A DNA stretch of 64,000 nt from Chrysomallon squamiferum (lineage: Eukaryota > Animalia > Mollusca): assembly GCA_012295275.1 (NCBI GenBank), contig CM022665.1, forward strand, positions 12,524,001 to 12,588,000, given 5' to 3'. Below are positions 55,121 through 64,000 of this stretch, piece by piece (within the stretch, counting starts at the first letter, position 1; each line of letters begins with the position of its first letter). The translations under genes were made by a program, and so were the position numbers. The notes under the pieces were generated by a model that saw nothing but the letters and a program-made list of their open reading frames with translations, did no database searches and was not told the origin of the DNA.

Positions 55121-56539
55121 GCTCTTTCTCTCTATCTGTGAATGTGTCAGATTAGTAATTGTGTTGTTTTTCACAACAGAATAGATTCAAATTAACCTCA
55201 TGGAGCTAAAGAAAAATACATAATAGCCTACGTACTTAAATAATACAGATGGATGTATTCATAAATAATCAAACTGGAATTTCTTCTTAAAATTACTTGC
55301 CATTCATAATTTCTTTTATTAGTAACAACATAGATTATTATGTACAACATACACATTTAAAAAATGATTAATACAAACTAATATACAAAAACACCAACAA
55401 CAACATACATACATACAGACATACAAACACACATTCATAGAGAGAGAGAGAGAGAGAGAGACATTAAACACACACAGTCATACATGAATGCATACAAACA
55501 CACAGGCACACACATGCATATTTAGTTTTAAGTTTTTTCAATTTATATTTGATTATTTTTTAACTTTCTATTTTCTGCTGGCTTTTTTTTCCATTATTAT
55601 TTTTTATTTATTTATTTTTTTTATTATCATCAGATTTTGCTTTTTACTTAAAGATACCTATGAATTCATTAACACAATGAAATTTGTATCCATCTTAAAA
55701 GTTATATCCATTGTCCATCAACAGTGAAGACACCCACCTCCTTTTTCTGTAATCATTAATCTGCCCCTGATAAGTGTAGAAAATCATCTTTATTTTACAA
55801 CAAAGTATTACAATCTGCTATTTCATTACATCAACAAAACTTGGCTTAGAAAACAAGATATTTTGTTCCTTATGTTCACTCTAGCATTCAGTGTCATTTT
55901 CTTTTCTTTTCAACGTGGACCTAAGGATATAAATCTACACTACACTTGCCTCTGGTAAGATACGCTTTTTTAATAGCAGTAATAAAACAGAAACACACAG
56001 TATATCAGTGTTGTGTTGTGTCCCCAATCTGCAAGTGTTTGGTACTTAACACATATAGGGGAAAAAAAAAACCCAGAAAAGAAAAGAAAGCTTGGAAAAT
56101 GACACCACACCAGATGTAGAAGCAAATGACCTGTAAATGTTAAATATTCTGTGAAGAAATGTTATTGTTCCAAATACAGTAAAGTGCACATCAAAAAGTC
56201 ATTGATTTCTGGTTGAACCTGTCCAAGGGTCAGTATGCATAAATTAAATATGGCTTATCTTAAGTGGTTCAAGTTAACAGGTTTTGAATCAGTATGTATC
56301 TGTGATAATACTTTAACAAATTGTCCAAAATACATTTTCGTATCATTTCAAATTAATGATTTGTGTAAACTTGACACCAGACTTTAATAATAATAAAGTT
56401 ACCACAATAATTTCATTCATAATATCAATGCAGAGGAGGCTGATTTATATTATTATTATTATTATTGTTATTAATAAAAATCCCTGCTAATTATCCAAAA
56501 TAGTTCTGTGAAAATGCAGCAAGAAAAACAAAAAGGAAG

Positions 56540-56572
<33 letters not shown>

Positions 56573-59500
56573 AAAAAATCATGACATAGCATTGAGCAGT
56601 TTTGCAAAGATTTACTCTGTCAAAATTTGTTTTTTTAATACTTAGAGGAAATTCTCTCTCTCCATTCTTATCAATTAGCAGAAAGAAATAGTTTATATGT
56701 TCCTTCCCATACACAGAAAACATTTACAGTCATGTGGAACTGGCTTCAACAGGACCCTATGTATTACCATCATTTTAAAAAAGACATGTTAGTAATTCTG
56801 TCAAGTGCCAAACAGAAGTTGAATACAAACATACATTTTTTGATGCAGTGAAGCTTAACACCGATAAGAAAATAGATATGTGTGATAATAAATATTTATA
56901 TTTAAAAGCTGTTTTGTTTTGTTTTTTAATCTGTGTTTTAAAACTTTATATATATAGGGTCATTATAAAGTCCTTATGCAATTCTGAATTTTTATAACTG
57001 AAATTCAGCTACAAAGTGTATTTCTAAAACTTCAGTCTTATAATGATTTTTATCTATAATAATGGTTGCCATGTTGAAAATTAAAAATCTCAACAATAAA
57101 TATATCTAAAAATCAACAAATTCTTTTTTCTTATCCACTTTACAGATCAGTTCTATCATGCATATGTCAGAAGTTACAGAAATTGCTCAAAAACTTCATA
57201 ATGACCCTGTATATATACATACTTTGATTTTTGTTTCATTTAATATTTTTTAAAAACCTTTTAAATTTATAACTTTTAAGAATCTTTGATTTTTTTATTT
57301 ATTGCTTTAAACATTTAACTTAATTGATTTTTTTTAGTACATCTTTAAAGACCATTTTGACTTTGATTTATATCTTACAAGACATTTTGACTATGACTTA
57401 AAGCAATATCTTTTTATATTTAACACACTGACTCTTTTTTTCACATTCAGCCACGTTAAATTGTCTGATGTAGAAGGTTTACCAACCTTTTTATTTACAG
57501 TACTTGTATGCAATAAACTTCAGTGTGTTAAAGAAACTGAATATACAGTGGGTCAGTGTTATGGTAATTCTGTTTACATAACGTATCAAATACAAAAGAC
57601 GTCTAGGTTCTCATAATGGAATCCCCAGTCATGATAGGGAAAACGTGATGTATAATATTTCAGCTTTAACACAAATTACTTTATATCTTAATATCGTTTT
57701 TCTGATACTGCTTATTTCTTAATTTGTTTAATGTATGTATGTATGTATATATGTGTGTGTGTATGTGTGTATATATATATTCAAAAAAATTAATAGATTA
57801 AAATAAGAAATTTGAGTAATACTCATATTAGAAAAATGTTGACATGAAATGTATTTTTTATTTTTTTGTGTTTATTTTAATTTCAATTTTTATTTTGTTT
57901 TTACTTTTACTTATTTTTACCTGAGATTACTTTGTTTTTGCTTGGACGTTTACTTATACTTTTATTTTTATTTTTACTTTTACTTTTAGTTTTACTTTTA
58001 CTTTAATTTTAATTTTTATTTTTACTTTTACTTTTAAATTTATTTTTATTTTTAATTTTATCTTTATTTTTATTTTTACTTTACAATACTTTTACTGTAA
58101 CATACTGTACCAAACTGTACTTATTTTAATGTTTTGATAAATGTCTCATTCTGTCTTTTTCTTACATTTCAAAATGATTTTTTTTTTATCTTTCTGTCCC
58201 TCTTTCTTTTTTTCTCACTTCCTTTATATTTCACATTTTCCCCTCTAAAATACAAAAATCTACATAATAAAAATTAAATGAATTACAATCTAAATCATTC
58301 TATGTAAAAGAGAAATAACAGGTTAAAAGATAACCTACTACTTAAAATAATGTTTTTCTCATGAGTTACATTTTTTTTTAGAGATATATCACTTATTGTA
58401 AGGGTTTTTCAAACGAGGCTGACAATTGCATTATAAACAGCTGTTTTAAAAATCCATAAATTAATTAATTTCCAGTTAAGTATTCAAGATTTCTCACTTA
58501 CTGTAACAATTTTTCAAATAAGGCTACACAAATATACAAGTTAATTACCTTAATATGAATATATTTATTTTTCACCCATTTCCACGAATGTATCAAAGAT
58601 TTCTCACTTACTGTAAGTTTGTCAAATCAGACAACACATTTATTTTGACTACAATCTGGGTTTTCTTTCTTTTTCTTCTTTTTTTTGTTGTTGTTATTGT
58701 TTTTACCTTTTAAATATATATGTTAACCACCTTAAGCAATATTTTTTTATCTCTTTCCAGGGAAGTATTAAATATTTTTCTATTACTGTTACTTGTACAG
58801 TTGCATGCACTACAAACTGTTATTTAAAATTACTAATTTCATTACCTAAACCAATAATTTTCATTGGTTTACAGGGAAATATTAAAGGGCCTCATGCAAA
58901 AGGCTATGTGCAGGAATATCAAGACCGGGAGGGCAGCACTTCCCTGATTTTCTCCCTGCAAGAGAAGGTTGGAGCTTTGGCAGAAGCCTTGAAGATCTTT
59001 GAGGTAATTTTATATTAATTATCAAAATGATAATGATGATGAACACCTTCAACTGACTTTGTTGTTACAAGGAGTTTTCTGAGATTATGAATTACTATTT
59101 GCACCAAACTTCAGTACTAGCCCAAGAATATTCTAGTGCTTGCCCAGCTTCTTAGTGAATAACAAAAAATATGCTGACTTACAGACTCCTTTATTTTTAT
59201 CAGTCAGTAAGCTGTAAGTATTACCTAACAAATTTAAGAAAGAAAAAAACTTATCGTTGTGCTATTTTCACTTTTTCTGAAAGAACTTTTTCTTTATAGT
59301 TATGTACAATTTTTTTTTTTTTTTAAATGACACTGAAGTACATGTAATTTTTGATGGGGAAGTTTAAAAATAATAAAACTATTATAAAGAATAAAAACAT
59401 TGTTTTGAAATACATAAGAGTTCCAGCACATGATCAGCTAATTATAACAACCTGATAATATCCATGGTCAAAAACTTAAAAAAGCATATTCAGTAGTGCC

Positions 59501-60021
59501 ATGCCAAATAAGTTTTTTTTGAGGTTTTTAAAAATAACTACATAGAAAAATATAATTGTTATTCATGAAATACAACACCAAATCCAACCTGGTTTGGTCG
59601 ATGGTTTATACAGACTTGATAAATACAGACAGAATTGGCTGATGATGGTTTATCAGGTAATTTTAGCATGCATTGGCATAACTGTGTCTCCAAAGCACTG
59701 GTGGATTATGAATAGCAGGTGGCAGTCAAACAAAGTACATTAATGTGTATTTATATACAGATGATAGGTGCTGCAGAAATTTACATTGTATTAAAAAAAA
59801 TATAAAATCTCCTGTGTGTATGTATGTGTATTAGCACTTATCACCTTTATTTTATTGGATATATGAATATTTATTATATACATATATTAACTGTGTTAAA
59901 ATAATAAAATAACACCATGAATATACACATTACCTTTTTATAATCTGTATTGGACATTAGAAATATTTGCTGTATTAAAATAATAAAGTATGAAAGTCCC
60001 ATTTATTTTTCACTAATTATA

Positions 60022-60060
<39 letters not shown>

Positions 60061-61076
60061 TGTGCTTTTAATATTCTATTTCATTTTATTTTGTGTTGTT
60101 TCATTTTTTTTTTTATAAAAATATTTTTCTGTTATACATTTTAAACTTTTTATACATGTATATATCTATGTACATTTAATTTTGTTTTGACATTTAATAG
60201 CCTACTATCATGGCATTATTCATATGTGTCATTCATTGCAAGTATTATTTACATGTGAATAACCCTCAGTTTGTTTAGAGAGTATCATGTGTTGATCCCT
60301 CTTCCCTGTTGCATCTGGTTCACATTATTTGTTGATAAACAGTATTCTGGGTTTTTTTTATTGTTTGCTGTTATCTCAGCACGTATGACCAACATTTTAC
60401 CAAATTTATACTAACTCATATTTTGACCTTTCAATCCTGCATAAAATTAAATAATAAATAAATGCATAAATGCATAAATGTAGGTACTTCTTGAATTGAT
60501 TTATAGAATAAAGAACTTGCTGTTTTTTACAAAAATGTGAATGAATATGCATATATGGAAATAATATTTACAACTGTGGAGAGAGAAAAAACGTAATTTC
60601 CATTTTAACATCTGTCTGGATGTTTTTGTTTAACATATTTTAAAAAGATTTTTTTTTTCAGGGGGCAGATAAATTATATTCAACTAAAAAACTATTTTTT
60701 TAAATTTATTTTAAATTTCAATTTAATGTGGTTTTAAGTATGTGTCCTTCAGTATTCCATTTTCTTCTTTACCAAATACTGCTGCTACTGATACTGCTAC
60801 TAACAGTTGTATATTGATATTAAGAATACTAAATGGAAAATAATTATAATAATACTGATGATAATGATGATGATAACAACTATAATTTTCAGAATCATCA
60901 TGTAAACCTACATCACATTGAATCTCGACCATCAAAAGAAAACTCGGAGCTGTATGAATTTTTCGTGGCTTGTGATGACACTAAAGGAGGGTTGAAGGAA
61001 GCCATTGAAGAGTTAAAACATAAGACTGATGAACTTACTGTTTTGACAAGAAGCCATGGTGACCAGCCTGATGAAG
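53376..61076 (+). CDS. PAH: Phenylalanine-4-hydroxylase, copy 2; exons 1-3 only, 3'-partial (continues beyond window)
   Basis: Exons 53376-53429 (MDAPFAKRRRFEKENGGK), 58875-59003 (TSLIFSLQEKVGALAEALKIFE) and 60893-61076 (NHHVNLHHIESRPSKENSELYEFFV). This is the ACT regulatory domain with intact splice sites. No exon 4 was seen before 64000. Confidence 0.9.
55049..55117. repeat. (TC)n microsatellite
   Basis: Directly visible. A shorter (AG)n tract lies at ~55439-55460. Confidence 0.95.
56955..57209. mobile_element. Tc1/mariner-type MITE
   Basis: Left end tagggtcattataaagtccttatgcaatt; right end aattgctcaaaacttcataatgaccctg (reverse complement cagggtcattatgaagttttgagcaatt). TA dinucleotides flank both ends. 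Confidence 0.75.
58390..58885 (+). repeat. Degenerate ~110-145 bp tandem repeat ending in the PAH copy 2 exon 2 acceptor
   Basis: Units tttccagttaagtattcaagatttctcacttactgtaa (~58469), tttccacgaatgtatcaaagatttctcacttactgtaa (~58579), tttccagggaagtattaaatatttttctattactgtta (~58754) and tttacagggaaatattaaag (58868). Confidence 0.65.
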
Positions 61077-61646
61077 GTATGTTTCAGTTTTTGTTTTATT
61101 GAAATTAATTCATTTAATTGTTTTTTTTTTTTTTTTAGAAACCATTGAATTCAGACACTATAGTATCATTACATGTAGAAAAGTTGGGTATTCAGTATAA
61201 CTGGGATTAGTACCAGTCTGACAAAAAAGGATGTTTTTGCAAAAAATCTGAATTCCTTAATCTCTGTAATAATGGATGAAAATGATTTATGATGTTTATA
61301 ATAATAAAATATCTTTTATGCTATGATAACATTTTAACAAAAATCTTTCTTCCTTTAAGAGTAAAAAAAAATACTAATACTAATAATACCACCACTTTTT
61401 CAAATAATGTTAAGGTTGGCATCTCCTGGATTACAGTTTATACTGATCACAGAAATACAAAATAGTTTCACAGCCCTGGCCCCATCAAGGGTACATTAAC
61501 CCCAGGTTGAGAATCAGTGAGACAGAAAAATATAGAAAAATTAACAGACCTTAACAAAATGTACTATGTAAAATGTTGTTCATCAAAATAACAAAATTTC
61601 CATCTGGATGACTTTAAATAACAAACATAATGAATCTTCACTGACC

Positions 61647-61682
<36 letters not shown>

Positions 61683-64000
61683 ATTAAGTAAAGTAGCCAA
61701 GCTTACTAGAATGAATTTTAAACACATTTATTTTCTTCCATTGTTGCATTTGCTTCAGTTCAGAAGTTAAATAAATATTTTCAATAAGTTTTGAATAAGT
61801 CTAGAATACGTTTGTTTTTTATTATTATTATTAATATTTAGTTTGAATTAGATTTGGTCTAGTAGCTACAATAAAGAAAAGAAAAAAGTCTTTTAGCCTG
61901 ATATTTCTAGTAATTCCCTTAAGTTACTGTTAAAACAGATTTTGAGAAGTACATTTTAAACAGGTCATTTAAGAATAAACAAAATTTCCAAGTGGATGTC
62001 TTAAATTAATATATCATCAAAATAAAAAATCATAACCAGCTGATAATGAACATTTTAATGCAAGTATTACAAGTAATTTAAGAAAGTTTTAAAACAGTAG
62101 TTTTTAATTAAATACAGTTAGATAGGTAGATAGAATGAAAAGAAGTAAATGCATTATTAATTTAAATTTCCAAATTCTGCTCTAATATAACTATGCTTTT
62201 TAGTATTAAATAAAATGTAATATATTCTGTAGTTTCAGTTTTAAAAAAGAAAATTAAACTTGATAGGTTATTCACATTAATTTCACAAGCACAAGGTTTA
62301 TTTAATGCATACATTTACATCCCCTAAGGCTGGTAATAGATTTCATAGTCAAAATATAGATATATAAATAATTATAAATAAAAGTAAAATATATTGGATG
62401 TATATAATAATTTGATGTATTTGAATTTATGTCTGTGTTTGTGTCTGTATCTGTGTGTGTGTGTGTGTGTCTGTATGTGTGTGTGTGTGTGGTGCCTCAA
62501 ACTTTGAATTTAATCAATTTAAGGAAGCCATTCAGACTCTGAAATATTTGAAGACTGAATCATTTTTCCCCAGTGGAAACAGTGGAAAGTAAATTAATCA
62601 GCTCTCTTCCCCCTCTAACAACCATTCATTAAACAGCATATACACACTGACATGCCCTAAATCATCAATTAAAACATGAAAATATGTAAATACATGTACT
62701 GTATAACAAAATACAAATTGCATTTAAACTCTAGACCAATTTCTCATGACTTTAGCATTATAACTCTGGAACATTCAAAGTATAAGGCATACGTATGTGT
62801 GTGTTTTGTATTTGTATGTGTTTTAATATGTTTTTGTGTTTGTGCATGCATGTTTGTAAAAATAAATAATATATTTTTGTTTTTTGTAATTCTTTCTGTG
62901 ATTTGCATGACTTACAGCTGTTTTTTTGTTTTTGTTTGTTTGTTTATATTAAATAACCAGGATGTACCATAAAAATTGGACATGGTATAAAAGGTTAGTG
63001 AAAAAATTAAATATTTGCATAGAGAAAACAATCCTTTATTTGGAATTAAACAGGGTTATAGTATTTCAAAACAGTAAATATTTATGTATACTTGCTTGTG
63101 AAGGTTTCAAGTAATTTACAGAAGGGAAATTGCAGCTTTTTAAACTGTGAAAGTTTACATAATTATACTTGCATTTGTAAATCATAGCAATTTACATGGG
63201 AGGCGAAACATTGAGCATTATAATAGTAATTTCAAAATTATCAGCAAGGGGAAATTATGGCTAATATTTAAAATGTAATTTTATTCTGGTGAAAGTTTAC
63301 ATAATTACCTACTTGCTTTTATAGATAATAAATCATTTAGATTACAATCAATGATATTTAAATATTTACTCTTTAAAATAGTGAAATTTTACATCTCCTT
63401 ATATTTGCAATTGTTTTAATAATGTAAATTACAAATAATTTGAAAATGAAAGCCAATGTAATATTTAAAATTGTCAGTTTTAAATAGTGACAGTTTAAAT
63501 ATATACTTGCTCCCACAGATTAGAAGAAAATTTAACACTGAAGTCATGTCCATGCCATTTTAATATGTGAAATTTTTTTTTTTAAATAGTTAATTATTTT
63601 ACATACACCTGCTTGTGTGGATTACAGATAGCTTGCTGAATAGCTTCACATAACTTCCACTGACAAAATAATTTTAAAAAATATTAGATTTAGTAAAAGA
63701 AACTTATTTGTCATAAAACTAATTATCATTTTGAAGCACTTTGCAAACTAACAATTTAAATGACAATAAATCCAAAACATAAAGATCCAGTTTTGGGACT
63801 ATTAAAATTTATTCATGGAATTAATAAAATTAATTCAAATGTGTGTGTGTGTGTGTAGGGGGTGTTTGAATTATATAATTCTAAGTTAGTTACTTAGCAT
63901 CAGCCTTTGCTGATAATAAAGTATGGCAGTAAGACTGAAGAGATGCACAAAGATATAAATATGAAATAAGAAACATGATAATCTCATATTTACGTGAATT

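Noticed and set aside
53100-64000. PAH copy 2 as a haplotype duplicate of copy 1 (false duplication)
   Set aside because: Exon 1, promoter and introns are far more diverged than alleles would be, and they differ in TE content and length.

Overview
AT-rich animal genomic DNA, most likely molluscan judging by the SINE-like repeats (inference). All recognisable genes are intron-rich and on the + strand. In order: the 3' part of an SLC16/MCT-like MFS transporter (323-2991); an intronless 227-aa orphan ORF (8071-8754); a complete 26-exon HACE1 ankyrin-HECT E3 ligase (10678-27390); a complete 11-exon proteasome alpha subunit PSMA1 with two U12-type introns (29756-35824); and a tandem pair of phenylalanine hydroxylase (PAH) genes. 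PAH copy 1 (37942-49042) has two frameshifts, a broken splice donor and hits to conserved catalytic-domain residues, yet its ACT-domain exons 2-3 are base-for-base identical to those of copy 2, which starts at 53376 and runs off the window. Introns and intergenic DNA hold a FLYWCH/MULE-type element, a Gypsy pol remnant, a pogo/Tigger-like end, several MITEs, decayed SINEs, minisatellites and microsatellites. Exon structures were read by eye and no database searches were run; comparisons to human proteins are from memory.
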